Of a DNA stretch of 64,000 nucleotides, positions 38,650-49,992 are shown piece after piece (the first letter of the stretch is position 1; each line of letters starts with the position of its first letter). The position numbers and the translations under genes were made by a program. Under the pieces are notes generated by a model. The model searched no databases and was not told where the DNA came from. It saw nothing but the letters and a program-made list of their open reading frames with translations. The DNA is from Bacteriovoracaceae bacterium (GTDB lineage: Bacteria; Bdellovibrionota; Bacteriovoracia; Bacteriovoracales; Bacteriovoracaceae), in the NCBI GenBank assembly GCA_046328975.1, contig JAXLVO010000011.1, positions 6,310 to 70,309 on the forward strand. The letters are read 5' to 3'.

Positions 38650-39606
38650 ATGCCGCTAACGCCTTTTAAAAAACTAAATTTTGATTTTAATGATTTTAAA
38701 GTGGGAACAGCTGAATATAAAGATGCACCAACAGGTTGTACGCTCTTTGCCTTTCCCAAACCAGCCACATGTTTAATCGATATGCGTGGTGGTGCCTGTG
38801 CTGTTCGCGAATCTTCAAGTGTAGATGAAGTTAATACCTGGGGAACAATTGATGCTCTTATGTTTGCTGGTGGTTCAAGTTATGGATTAGAAGCAGCAGA
38901 TGGTCTAATGAAATCACTGCTAAAAGAGCGTAAAAGTACCCACTTTGAACATATTCCAGCAGTACCAGCTGCAATTATTTATGATTTTAGTAAACGCAAA
39001 GAAGAATTAATATATCCTGATTCTAAATTAGGTGAAGAGGCTTATAAAAATTTAAAAACGAATCAAATTGACATTGGTCGAGCTGGAGCTGGAATCAATG
39101 CGACTGTGGGTAAATATTTAGGTCGTGATTTTTCTGAGTATGGTGGTCAAGGTGCTGCTTTTATCAATGTAGGAGGAATTAAACTATTTGCTTTCACTGT
39201 ATTAAACTCTTTAGGCAATATTTATAATGAAAAAAATGAGATAATAGCAGGTAGCCTAGATCCAAAAACAGGCAGAAGAGTTGATCTTTTCAAACACCGA
39301 CTCAATTTTCATAGAAATAAAAAAGTTCCTGCCAAAAAAGAAAATACAACTATTAGTGCTATTATTACCAATGCCCAATTAGACCGTTTAAGCTTAAAAC
39401 GTCTATCTATTATGGTTCACACTAGTATGGCACAAAGTATTCGACCATTTCATACTCCTTATGACGGAGATACGCTTTTTGCTGTCTCTACTCAAACTAA
39501 AAAGATGCCAATCAAACTTAATGTGACAGATTTATCAATTATTGCAGCTGATTTAATGAACGATGCTATCCACTCTATTTTTAGTGCGCACCAAAATTCC
39601 AAATAA
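38650..39606 (+). CDS. Peptidase family S58 (DmpA/BapA-type Ntn aminopeptidase)
   Basis: PTGCTLFAFP, DMRGGACAVRES, and an autoprocessing-site-like ENTTISAIITNA. The AGGAGA SD favours the ATG at 38650 over the GTG at 38644. Confidence 0.8.
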   Translation: MPLTPFKKLNFDFNDFKVGTAEYKDAPTGCTLFAFPKPATCLIDMRGGACAVRESSSVDEVNTWGTIDALMFAGGSSYGLEAADGLMKSLLKERKSTHFEHIPAVPAAIIYDFSKRKEELIYPDSKLGEEAYKNLKTNQIDIGRAGAGINATVGKYLGRDFSEYGGQGAAFINVGGIKLFAFTVLNSLGNIYNEKNEIIAGSLDPKTGRRVDLFKHRLNFHRNKKVPAKKENTTISAIITNAQLDRLSLKRLSIMVHTSMAQSIRPFHTPYDGDTLFAVSTQTKKMPIKLNVTDLSIIAADLMNDAIHSIFSAHQNSK

Positions 39607-41918
39607 AAGTATTAGCTCTATTTTTAATAGATTTTTCGATCTGATCTAAGGTACGTGCTGTATCCCAATAAATAACTACTGGAACACGTTCTTTATCCGC
39701 ATGAGTAATTAACCAAGAAGTCCACCAACCGGGGTTAGTATGAACTTCAATTTCCCTAGGTGCCTTAACCAAATCCATCAGGTGTTCTCCATTGGAGCCA
39801 ATCGGAGCATTACAGATCCAACTGGTACAATTGTGTCCTACTGTCACATCACGTTTAAGGCCAAAAGGTGTTTTAAAAGCAGGTCGATTATCATTAAGCT
39901 TACTAAAAGTGACACCTTTAGTATTTCCATTATAGCCAAAATTTCCAAGAACATTTTCTGATGATTTCATAGCATTATCAACGTAAAGACGAAGATTCAT
40001 CATCTCTTCTGAATTTAAACTTATAATTGTCTCCATACGATTACTGCCTGGGATAGAGTAATCTTTCTTCCCTACCGCATGAATAAAATCAAAAGTATTT
40101 TGACCAATTCTATTATAGAGATGTCCGCCCTGCTCTGAAAGAGGAAATGAGATTGAATTATAACTAATATGTTTAATCATATCTTGGGTAAAACTTGCTA
40201 ATTCTTCAGGATTAATATTTTTCAAAGCAACAACTACCACATCCCTTGGATAAATTTTTCCATTAAATTCAAAACCAACATTATTGATACGTCTTATATG
40301 TGAAGGATATTTAAAGGCCAATATATCTAAACGTTTCTCTAAATCATTTTTTATATGAGCTGGAAACTTATAAATTGTGGGTGGAAACGCCTCATTAAGC
40401 GGTCCTAGCTCTGCCTGTACCTCATCTATATACTGATAATACTTCATTGACTTTTTTTCTGGGATAAAGTTGACTTCTCTGACTTTAAAATACCTTAACA
40501 TATCTGTATCATAGACAAACTTTGCTAAAGCTTTTTCAACTTCAACAGCGGCTTTCTCTTTATCAAATATTCCATTATGGTATTTATCTGCGATGTCATC
40601 TAAAGCTAAACTATAAACTTTCTTGGACTTGTCAGCTTTTGAGCCAAATGCTTTTGAATTAAAAAGCTCCACATGGTTTGACCAGTCTCGGAGTGGCCAA
40701 CTAAAGTTCCTAGCAACATCCAACTCAATCATCTCGGCCGGTGTATACTGAAATTCAGGCAAAGATTTATTAGGAAAAGAGTCATGTAACATTTTTTGAA
40801 CTTTTTCAGGGAAAAGTTTAAATCCATTTTCAGGATCAAAGGCATTAAGTATACTTGCTACTTTAAAATCTTCTCGTCCTCGTTCAATAAAATAAGTATT
40901 GCGAATCATACGATTAAGTAAGCTATTCATATTGTTATGAGCATCTCTTACTTCTAAAACAACGCGGCTTTTTCCTACAATATCAGGACGATAGGCCGTA
41001 CTACCAATATATTTAAAAGAAATATTTGAATCAGTAATAAATTGCATCGACTCGTTATCATATTTTCCAAGTTTAGCATTTTCTTTTAGATATTCATGCA
41101 GAATTTCCTGTTTACGTTTAGTAATTGGCCCTACAAACGGATGTTCAAAACTTCTGGCAACTCTTTGATTTTGATTTTTAAGTGACCGTAAATATCCAAT
41201 ATGTAATTTTTCTACTGAATCATATTCATTATAAAAATTAAAATATCCTTTATTAATTTGAAAAAGATTATCATAGTTATTAGGTGATCCACCTCTTAAA
41301 AAAAACTTAGATGGAGCGCTTAAAGTACCTTGCATTGAACCAACACCTAAATGCTCATTAATTTTTGAGACTTTAGTAAACCACTCCTCCATTGTATTCA
41401 TAGGTTTTAAAACTAATTCAACATTATCAGTATGATCAAGAATTAAAGATTTTGGTAAAAATTTACCAAATTGCTCTTCATCCATTAATTCAACAAAACC
41501 CTCTTTACGATACTCTTTAAAAACTGTTTTAATATTCTCTTTTAACCATTTTGCACGATCTGGAATACTCATCATAACCCAGTTATCAACTTCTTTAGCT
41601 GTAAATGAGGTTGGACGATAATGTTTTACAATGCCTTCTAATTGATTTAAATCAAACTCAAGATTCAAATCCAAACTGTATCATATTATGTTCATTTACA
41701 TTAGCACCATAGGGATAGCGTGTTCTAGAAGATATTCTAGTTGGATCATCTAACATTCCACTATAGACATGTTGATAGACTTTAGTTAAGCAATTAAAGG
41801 TAAAACTATTTTGTGATGAAGCTATTTTTCTACTTTGAACAAGCAAAGATAAATCCTGTTCATAAGAGACAAGGAAAAGGGCGAAAATCACAATCAAATA
41901 TTTGATACTATTTTTCAT
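39581..41918 (-). pseudogene. Large (about 779 aa) secreted protein of unknown function, one frameshift at a T-run (41673-41675)
   Basis: ORF 41658..41918 supplies the signal peptide (MKNSIKYLIVIFALFLVS). Removing one T fuses ..EHNMIQ to LDLNLEFDLNQLEG of the 697-aa ORF. No family recognised. Confidence 0.6.
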
Positions 41919-42106
41919 AAAATTATTATTACCTTTCGTCCTATCTACTGATTTTCTAAAGCTTTTTATCTGTAGAATTTATAGTCAGTTATCATTAAAA
42001 GTGTAAATAAAGTGTTATTTTTCAATCATTTTTCACATACTTAGATGTCGAAAAATTGGCACAAAATGTGAAGAAGATAAAAGTATATTTTGTTTGAGGA
42101 TTTTTT

Positions 42107-42703
42107 ATGAAAAGTTCAATTAAAGTTATTTCACCAATTTTATTATGCCTAATTTTTAACCTTAGCTATGCTGATGAGACAAGTGAACTTAAAATAAAAG
42201 TATGCGAACAACAAAAATACTATTAATGCACTTAGAGACCAGATGGCAGAATACATGGCTACACTTTGATAGCTTGGTTAAAAATCTACAAGAAATGCAA
42301 AATAAATTTCATATAGCAACTATTGTATCAACCAATGCTGCTCCAGCATCAACTATGCAACCTTTAGGAAGTGAGAATAAACCACTGGCTCCTATTCATT
42401 ATACTGTGCCACTACCAATTTATTATTCTTATTACGATTTAAACCGGGAAAAATTATTTCAACCGATACAAAACAATAACAATTATTTTGAACAAACTAT
42501 TTCGACCTTTCATGATTTCTATGCAATAAGTAATCAACCAATCTACTGCCGGGTACAATTGCTCCAGAAGCTCAACTGCCCCTATGGAATTCCATCGTTT
42601 TAATTTTCAGAATCCGATTGGGATAACAAACCCAACCACTCAAGAGGATTTAATTTTGGGACAGCTCCTCACCTATAAAGTATTTGGTGAAATTTCCGAT
42701 TAA
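42107..42703 (+). pseudogene. Small secreted protein of unknown function, about 3 frame disruptions
   Basis: GAGGA SD plus ATG 42107 gives MKSSIKVISPILLCLIFNLSYA. The reading then moves to KYANNKNTINALRDQMAEYMATL, then ORF 42202..42603, then NFQNPIGITNPTTQEDLILGQLLTYKVFGEISD, ending at 42703. The shifts sit at A/T runs. Confidence 0.4.
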
Positions 42704-42712
42704 ATCGACACT

Positions 42713-42898
42713 ATGAAATTTACCAAAGTGACGATTAAGAAAAGGCGAGCTAAAAAAAGCAAAGTTAATTTAATCAAGCTCTGTCATTACTGTAACAAAA
42801 TTAACGAATCAACCAGAGAGCTACAACGCTGTAACCACTGCACTAAAAGTTTTATGCCGCTAAATTATCTTCTTCAAATGAGAACAAAATTCTACTAA
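42713..42898 (+). CDS. Small basic zinc-ribbon-like protein (CxxC..CxxC); the C-terminus may continue in another frame to about 42978
   Basis: CHYCNKINESTRELQRCNHCTK. The downstream frame FSNELYNECKDLNDEELIKGLYLILES looks coding. Confidence 0.35.
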   Translation: MKFTKVTIKKRRAKKSKVNLIKLCHYCNKINESTRELQRCNHCTKSFMPLNYLLQMRTKFY

Positions 42899-42980
42899 AT
42901 TTTCCAATGAACTTTACAATGAATGCAAAGATCTAAACGATGAAGAACTTAATTAAAGGGCTCTATCTCATTTTAGAATC

Positions 42981-44239
42981 CTAAAACATTCTAGCTTTTT
43001 TAAAATTTTTTTTATCTTTAAATAAATCTTGTAAAATTGTTTCTGGATCAACTAATTCTCTATTCTTAATCATTGGCAAACTAATAAAATGACCAAACTT
43101 ATTTTCAGTTAAATTACCATAAAGATGATCAACTTTTAAAAACTCAGCGCCTTTTAATGTTGCTCGGTACAGAGCTTTTACATAAGTCGCATTTTTTTCT
43201 TTTGCTCGTTATTCTGTCGGACAAACGAGTCGATTACTACCTGTTAGCATGGAGAGTTCCATCCCTCCCCCAATATCAGAGCCTGAGCCCAATCAACACT
43301 AAACTGTTCACATTTTTCAAAATTAAAAAGACCTGATCCGAGTCCAAACTCTTTCAGTGGTGCATTTGAAGTTGGACAGTGGATAATTTTTGCTTTATAT
43401 TTGGCCAACATTTTCCATTCAGCTTGACTAAGATGAATAGCGTGAGCAAAAAAGCTATCGGAGGTTAACAGCTTACATTTTTCATAAATTTCAGTATAGC
43501 TCTTAACTTTTTTAAATTCAGGATAATTTCGAAAAATTTTTAAAATGGTTTCAATTTCAAATCTATTTTCACTCAAATGAGTTTGAATATAGCTTTTATT
43601 TTGTCGCGCTATTGCTCCACCTTTTTTCATTGTGGCCGAATCAACAGTAAGGGCAAAACGCGGGGTAAACGCATATTTTTTTTTCAGTTTTCGTGAAAGT
43701 TTTTTAATAAGTTTTAGCGCTTGAGAACGAGTTTGAAGCAGCGCCTGCGGGGAGTGCATAGTCATTATAACATTTCCTGCAATAAACTCACCATGAGCAT
43801 ATTTAAGTGCATCGGTCACACTATTTTCATGAATTGACCCATAAATTGCTCCACCAATCGTACCTGATTTATAGAGTTTTTTAAAAAACTGTTTTGCTTT
43901 TTTTTCTGAAAAGTGATGATTACTAAATTTTGCCTCATGGGGGAATACATAGTTCTCTAACCAAGTTAAGAGATGTTTTTTGGGTGCATATCGTACGTCA
44001 TCTTGAACCCAGTGAAAATGCATATCAAAAAATGCTGGAAGTATTAATCTATTTTCATAATGATAAATTTCAGTTTCACTTTTATTATATTTAGGCCATT
44101 CACCTTTGGGATAGATCCCTACTACTCTATATCTCTTTTTTTTATCTAGCTTTAAAAGAAGTGAACCGCTAATAAAATCAGCTCGTGTGTCGCTATAAGG
44201 GTTGATAAAATTACTGTAAATTAATTTAAAACGCTTCAT
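42981..44239 (-). pseudogene. guaD: Guanine deaminase-like amidohydrolase; one frameshift (about 43275) and an in-frame TAA (43209-43211)
   Basis: PAFFDMHFHWVQ, TPRFALT, THLSEN, AHAIHL and HCPTSN..GSGLFNF. After a frame change it reads GSDIGGG..., then TE*RAKEKNATYVKALYRATLKGAEFL. Confidence 0.7.
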
Positions 44240-44913
44240 TCAGAATAGATGTGCATGTATTTGTTAGAGATAATTTTAAAAATTGAACCAGCATCTTTAC
44301 GATGGACAAATTCCCCCTCTTCAAAGTCATCCATTTTTTCATTTTTCTCTATTGGCTTTGCTGCAATTTCAGTTCCAACCGGTTGTGCCACAATTGCGGC
44401 TTCACCATTTTTCTTTAAGCGTTTTTTTAAGTTATTGATAACTACCCATGGATCATGGGGATCAGCTACTACCTTACTCGGCATTAATAGATCATTAGTA
44501 TTTTTAATGTCTGACTTTTGGGCCAAAGTTTTAGTTGAATAAGCTTCAAGTTTTTTGTTAATAGCATCCTGTTCATTTTTAAAATCTATAGGTTTTTCAC
44601 CATTCTTAATACGCTTTTTATTATAAGCATTAAGTAACTCTTTATTCATTTCAGCTAACTCTTTTTGCATCTGAGGAATATTAACCATCTCTTTTTCAAT
44701 AACATCCTCTTGGTTTGTGTAGACTGCATTAGTAATTTTTTGATAAATTAAAAGATTTTTATTAAATTTTTCCTGCATATCTTTTGGCATATAACTTAAA
44801 TCAAATTTAGGTAGTTTAAATTTTTTACAAGAATTATTTTTTAAACAAAGACATTTGGGATCTTCAACTACTTTCAAACCATTATCTTTCCAACAAGACC
44901 CTGCCCACCCCAT
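44236..44913 (-). CDS. Hypothetical protein (225 aa), Cys-rich N-terminus and Lys-rich coiled-coil
   Basis: ORF whose stop overlaps the guaD-like start (ATGA). No family recognised, and the start is uncertain. Confidence 0.45.
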   Translation of the reverse strand: MGWAGSCWKDNGLKVVEDPKCLCLKNNSCKKFKLPKFDLSYMPKDMQEKFNKNLLIYQKITNAVYTNQEDVIEKEMVNIPQMQKELAEMNKELLNAYNKKRIKNGEKPIDFKNEQDAINKKLEAYSTKTLAQKSDIKNTNDLLMPSKVVADPHDPWVVINNLKKRLKKNGEAAIVAQPVGTEIAAKPIEKNEKMDDFEEGEFVHRKDAGSIFKIISNKYMHIYSE

Positions 44914-44951
44914 TGATTGAAATCAAGCTTAAAATTAAACATAAAAGCTGA

Positions 44952-46533
44952 TTAAGGTGTCGGCGCTGGTGTCGGTATATTAATTGAAACATTAGCATTA
45001 CAGGTGCCATCAGCTATTTCCTTAGTTGTACATACATCTAACGGATTTTCCGTTTGAAACATTCCATTGTTTGAATTATTAATCTCATCAACCGTAGAAT
45101 CAAAGCCATCAACCCAAGCTTGACCCACCTTTACTGCATCATCTTTACGCTGAATCATGAGATCCATAAGATGTGCTAAGAACCCTATTCGTTGCTCATA
45201 AATATTTGCTAGTTTTACCATGAATACCGCAGTACTAGAGGCAAGCAGGGTCTGAATACTAAAAGTAACAACACGACTAACAGAAGTACTATACATGAAA
45301 TTATAGAGTCTTAAAAATCCATCCACCCCAAAAATTCCAAAAGTAATGGCGAACCTACAAATGAGATAATTAGCATACCCATTTTATCAACATCAAAGAG
45401 GTAGCCCGTAATAGGAAAGCCTTTACTCTCTTGGGTTTTAGCAAAATCTTTATTTTTATCTGCCACATATTTAGCAACAAGAGCAAGCACGCCCGTTAAC
45501 CATCCTATAAAAAAAAGCCTTCCACCAGGATTAGTGGTATTACCAGGGTTATCAGCAAAGAGTCCAACTGAACAGTTTTTGCACTCATTGGAGTAAAAAG
45601 TTCGATTGAAGCAGCCACACTTGCTAAACCATATCCAATACTTGAGATAAGAATATTTCTCCGTTTTTTATTAACATAATCAATTGATTGGGTGAGAATT
45701 CTTTTTAAAACACGGATCGGCTCAATCTGATCATCCAACGTCTGGTTCAATTTACCAAAGAGCATCTCTCCCTTAGTTTGATCATTAACCACATTTTGTT
45801 GAATTTTTTTATCCAGTCCATCCGTATTTAATTTAGCTGTAGCATCTTTACCTTTGGTTAACATATCAGTAACCAGATTAAATTCACCTAAAATTTGCAC
45901 CTCTTGAATTAAAAAGGCGGTTGAATTGGTAATATGTAGAACGGTTGAAGGTAGTGGCACACATGTAAGAGAAACGGAGCTGAAAATGCCGCAAAAAAAA
46001 GATTAAACATATTTAAACCCATAGTTGCAGCAAATGGAACAATCATAGGTTTTAAAGTATCAGCATAATTATTTAATTTAGGATTAGTATATTCAGACAA
46101 AAGATCTGCACGTAAATTTCCATTATCACGACACTCAACTGCGGTAGAAGTATCCGTATCACCAGGACAGGTAGAACTCTCCCCAGCAGCTACTGCTGTT
46201 ACATAGGTATTAGATTCATTACTCAACAGACTTTGCGATTTGCATCTGCTACATTGCAATTGCCATCATTTTCAATATCACTAATCTGTTTTTCCGTTAA
46301 CCCAATTTCACGAAGTGCCTCTAACATCTCTTCTTGAGTTAATGATTCTTTATATTGATTAGTCATATCTTCAGCTTTTTGGACCTCAGCTGTTTTTGCA
46401 ATAGGTGTTAGCGCAGGTACAGGGAATCCCGGTGGAATGGTTGGTTCAAAGGAAGGTATCGATTGAGCAAAAATAAATTTGTTGAATTAACAACCAACGA
46501 CCAAACTATTAAAATATGGAGATAGAACTTCAT
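44952..46533 (-). pseudogene. Fragmented secreted/multi-TM protein of unknown function (at least 4 frame disruptions)
   Basis: The ATG at 46533 gives a signal peptide (MKFYLHILIVWSLVV), then IPSFEPTIPPGFPVPALTP..EEMLEALREIGLTEKQISDIE. ORFs 45909..46259, 45505..45960 and 44952..45326 follow colinearly, with hydrophobic segments. Confidence 0.4.
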
Positions 46534-46626
46534 AAAAAAAGTGTAACATATAGAGAGCTATTTACAAAAAGTTACAAAAAATTGCCCTTTTTGAGATTTA
46601 GCCTGCCCACTTTTAGAGTATTTTTA

Positions 46627-47360
46627 TTACTCACCTAAGTAGGCACTACGAATTTCAGGATTATTAAGAAGCTCTTGAGCAGGTCCAGTTAGACTAATAT
46701 GGCCGGTTTCAATTACATAACCCCTATGAGCAATTTTTAATGCAGCAAAAGCATTTTGTTCAACTAATAGAACAGTCATCCCTTTTGAATTGATCTCTTT
46801 AATGGCTCGAAGGATATTTTGGACAAGAATTGGAGCAATACCTAATGACGGTTCATCTAAAAGAAGTAGTTCTGGTTTTGCCATGAGTGCTCGGCTTATG
46901 GCGCCCATCTGTTGTTCCCCACCACTTAAAGTACCCGCATGCTGTTTAAGCCGCTCTTTTACTCGTGGAAAAAGTTTAAAAATATACTCTTTATCTTGAG
47001 CTATACTCTCTTTGTCTTTTCGAAGGTAGGCACCTAACTCTAAATTTTCTAAAACCGTTAAATCTGGAAAGACCATTCTTCCCTCTGGTGACTGGGCAAT
47101 TCCCAGTGAAACTATTTGATAAGCTGGTATAGATTGAATCGGTCTATTTTTAAAGAGGATCTCGCCTTTACTTGGTTTAATTAAACCTGAAAGAGTTCTA
47201 AGAATGGTGGTCTTACCAGCACCATTGGCCCCTAAGATGGTAACAATCTCACCTTTTTTAATCTCAATATTAATTGCAGAAGAAGAGCATGAATGTTGCC
47301 GTAATGGACATCCATATTCTGCACTTTAAGTAGAACTTCACCAGCTTTAATCTCACTCAT
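46627..47360 (-). pseudogene. livF: Branched-chain amino acid ABC transporter ATP-binding protein LivF, one frameshift (about 47283)
   Basis: MSEIKAGEVLLKVQNMDVHYGNIHAL, then after a shift SSAINIEIKKGEIVTILGANGAGKTT..., joining ORF 46627..47076 (LSGGEQQM, LLLDEPSLG). Confidence 0.85.
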
Positions 47361-48126
47361 ATTTCTGATCCTAAATAGGCTCCAATTACTTTGGGGTTAT
47401 TTTGAATTTCATGCGGCTTACCTTCAGCAATTTTTTCTCCGTAATCAACCACATGGATTTTTTCACAAACAGTCATAACTAACTTCATATCATGTTCAAT
47501 AAGAAGTATCGCAATTTTAAAGGTATCTCTCACCCATTTAATAAGTTTAGTTAATTCAATTGTTTCAATGGGGTTCATTCCTGCTGCTGGCTCATCTAAC
47601 AAAAGAACACTTGGCTTAGTGGCAAGGGCGCGAGCAATTTCAAGCCGTCGCTGTTCCCCATAAGGTAAATTTTTAGCGAGCCACTCTTTTTTGAGTCAAG
47701 TCCAAAAATTTTTAATAGAGCAATTGCCTCATCTAAAATGCGTTTCTCTTCCGTATGAAATTTTTTTGTGCGAAAAATACCTTGAAACATATTATAGTTG
47801 CACCGAAAATGACATGCGAGCTTAACATTATCCAGAACTGTTAAATCTTTAAAGAGCCGAATGTTTTGAAAAGTTCGCGCTATTCCTTTTTTGGTAATAG
47901 TTGCGGGGTCTTTACCTTTTAGCTCTTCACTAGCAAGCATAACACTACCACTAGTTGGACAGTAGACTCCAGTAATCATATTAAAAATGGTAGTTTTACC
48001 TGCACCGTTTGGACCAATCACACCCACTAAATCGTGAGCCGCTAAATCAAGACAGAAATTATTAACAGCAACCAGACCACCAAAACGCATAGTAATGTTT
48101 TTAATCTGAAGGGATCGGAGTGCTCA
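47357..48126 (-). pseudogene. livG: Branched-chain amino acid ABC transporter ATP-binding protein LivG, 2-3 homopolymer frameshifts
   Basis: GPNGAGKTT. An A-run at 47687-47692 separates ..GLDSKK from EWLAKNLPYGEQRRLEIARALATKPSVLLLDEPAAGMNP. A C-run at 48111-48113 breaks MSTPI/LQIKNITMRFGG. Confidence 0.85.
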
Positions 48127-49021
48127 TATTCGCGCCTCCCTTTTTAAGTCTTAATAATTTTAAAATATCAATCTCTCTAGTGCCTAAAATACCTTGCGGA
48201 TGAACTAACATAAGGACAATTAAAATAAGCGAGTAGATCACCATTCTCCACTCAGAAACGGTTTCACCAAAGAGGCGCAAGACCTCTGGAAGCGCCGTCA
48301 AAATAATAGCACCTAAAATTGAGCCTGAAATGGAACCAAGGCGCTCCAAGAATAATCATGAGCAGAATAATCACACTCCAGGTGAAGTTAAAGCCATTAG
48401 GGTGAAGAAACTGTTGAGCGTGAGCAAAAAGTGAACCAGCAAGTCCAGCAAAACCACAACCAACCACAAAGGCAATAACTTTATAGTAAGCAGTATTAAC
48501 TCCCATACTTTCAGAAGCTATCTCATCTTCCCGAATACTAATGATAGCACGACCATGACTAGAGCGAAGAAAGGTTGGTTACAACAACAATAGTAACCAG
48601 CGCCCAGAAATAGACCCAAAAAAGGTTAGTCCACTTGGGAATATTGATGAAGCCACGTGGACCTCCAACGACCTCTAAATTATTAATTACAATGCGGATA
48701 ATTTCTCCCAATCCTAGTGTAGCAACAGCAAGATAGTCACCTTTTAGTCGAAGACAGGGAACTCCTACAATAAGACTGACTAAAGCCGAAGCAAAAAAAC
48801 CTATTCCACAAGAAATAAAAAAGATTAACAAAAGGTGGAGCATCTAGCGCATGATAAACAGAAAAGTAGGCGCCAGCGTAAGCCCCTATCGCCCAGAATC
48901 CAGCGTGACCTAAGGATAAAAGTCCGCAAGCCCCGTTAATTAAATTTAAACTGACGGCAAGAATAATAAATACTCCAATATTGAGGAGCTGAGGAACAAT
49001 GTAGGTTGATAATCCTTCCAT
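48101..49021 (-). pseudogene. livM: Branched-chain amino acid ABC transporter permease LivM, at least 3 frame disruptions
   Basis: Four overlapping colinear hydrophobic ORF fragments (48737..49021, 48559..48843, 48264..48506, 48101..48349) with LivM-like segments (LSLGHAGFWAIGAY, GGPRGF). The 3' boundary is uncertain. Confidence 0.7.
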
Positions 49022-49023
49022 GG

Positions 49024-49926
49024 TTACACCTTCTCTTTACGATGTTTGCCTAAAATTCCACTAGGCTTAAACAATAAAATAATAATTAAGAGTGAAAAGG
49101 CTATGGCGTCTCGGTAAGTGCTGATCCAAAAACCAACTACTAGATTTTCAACAACACCTAGAACTAGTCCACCTAAAACAGCTCCGGGGATAATCCCAAT
49201 TCCACCTAGAACTGCGGCCACAAATGCTTTTAGGCCTGGAATAAGTCCCATTAAAGGCTCAACCGTATTATAATACATACCAACTAAAACACCGGCAGCT
49301 CCAGCCAAAGTTGCACCAATAAAAAAGGTAAATGAGATTACACTGTTGGTATTAATACCCATTAAGCTAGCAGCATCGTGACTAAAACTAGTCGCCCGCA
49401 TGGCCTTACCCATTTTAGTATGCATAACTAAAGTATGAAGAATGACCATCAGAATAAGTGTAACTATAAAAATGATAATCTGAATTTTAGAGACCATGAT
49501 TTCACCAAAGTTGTAAACAACCTCTTCAAAAACTGGTGGAAAGGCTTTGGGATCAGCTCCCACCAAACGTTGTCCTAAGTTTTGCATTAACAGCGAGATT
49601 CCAAGGGCGGTAATTAAAGCTGTAATTTTTCCGGCGTGACGAATTGGTTTATAAGCAATCTTTTCTACGATAACGGCCAGCAATCCTGTAATTAACATGG
49701 AAGCTGGGAGTGCCACATAAAAAGGAAGGTGAAAATAGATGATCGAGTAATAACCGACAAAGGCCCCAAACATAAAAAATTCGGAGTGGGCAAAATTCAC
49801 TAGTTTTATAATCCCATAAACCATGGTGTAACCTAACGCCACTAGTGCGTAGATACTTCCTTGGGCTATGCCATTGATGAGGTACTGAATGGTATCCGTT
49901 ACAACATAAGGTAGATTAGCGTCCAT
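49024..49926 (-). CDS. livH: Branched-chain amino acid ABC transporter permease LivH
   Basis: Intact 300-aa polytopic ORF with LINGIAQGSIYALVALGYTMVYG, typical of LivH. Confidence 0.9.
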   Translation of the reverse strand: MDANLPYVVTDTIQYLINGIAQGSIYALVALGYTMVYGIIKLVNFAHSEFFMFGAFVGYYSIIYFHLPFYVALPASMLITGLLAVIVEKIAYKPIRHAGKITALITALGISLLMQNLGQRLVGADPKAFPPVFEEVVYNFGEIMVSKIQIIIFIVTLILMVILHTLVMHTKMGKAMRATSFSHDAASLMGINTNSVISFTFFIGATLAGAAGVLVGMYYNTVEPLMGLIPGLKAFVAAVLGGIGIIPGAVLGGLVLGVVENLVVGFWISTYRDAIAFSLLIIILLFKPSGILGKHRKEKV

Positions 49927-49992
49927 CTTTAATTAACCCTCTTAATTAAAATTAGGCATTAAATCTGGACGCTCAATTATTTGATTAAATAA

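Noticed and set aside
42057-42073. Sigma-54-like TGGCAC-N5 element upstream of the small secreted gene
   Set aside because: The -12 element reads GTGAA rather than TTGC(A/T), so it lacks the conserved GC. A single partial hit is expected by chance.
3831-43211. Alternative genetic code or stop-codon reassignment (TGA or TAA as sense) to explain in-frame stops in der, sufS and the guaD-like gene
   Set aside because: The apparent in-frame TGA in der resolves as a +1 insertion. TAA is also the commonest genuine terminator of clearly complete genes here (era, rnc, sufD, nfu and others). The three TAA sites align with different residues (Ala/Ser-like, Leu, variable).
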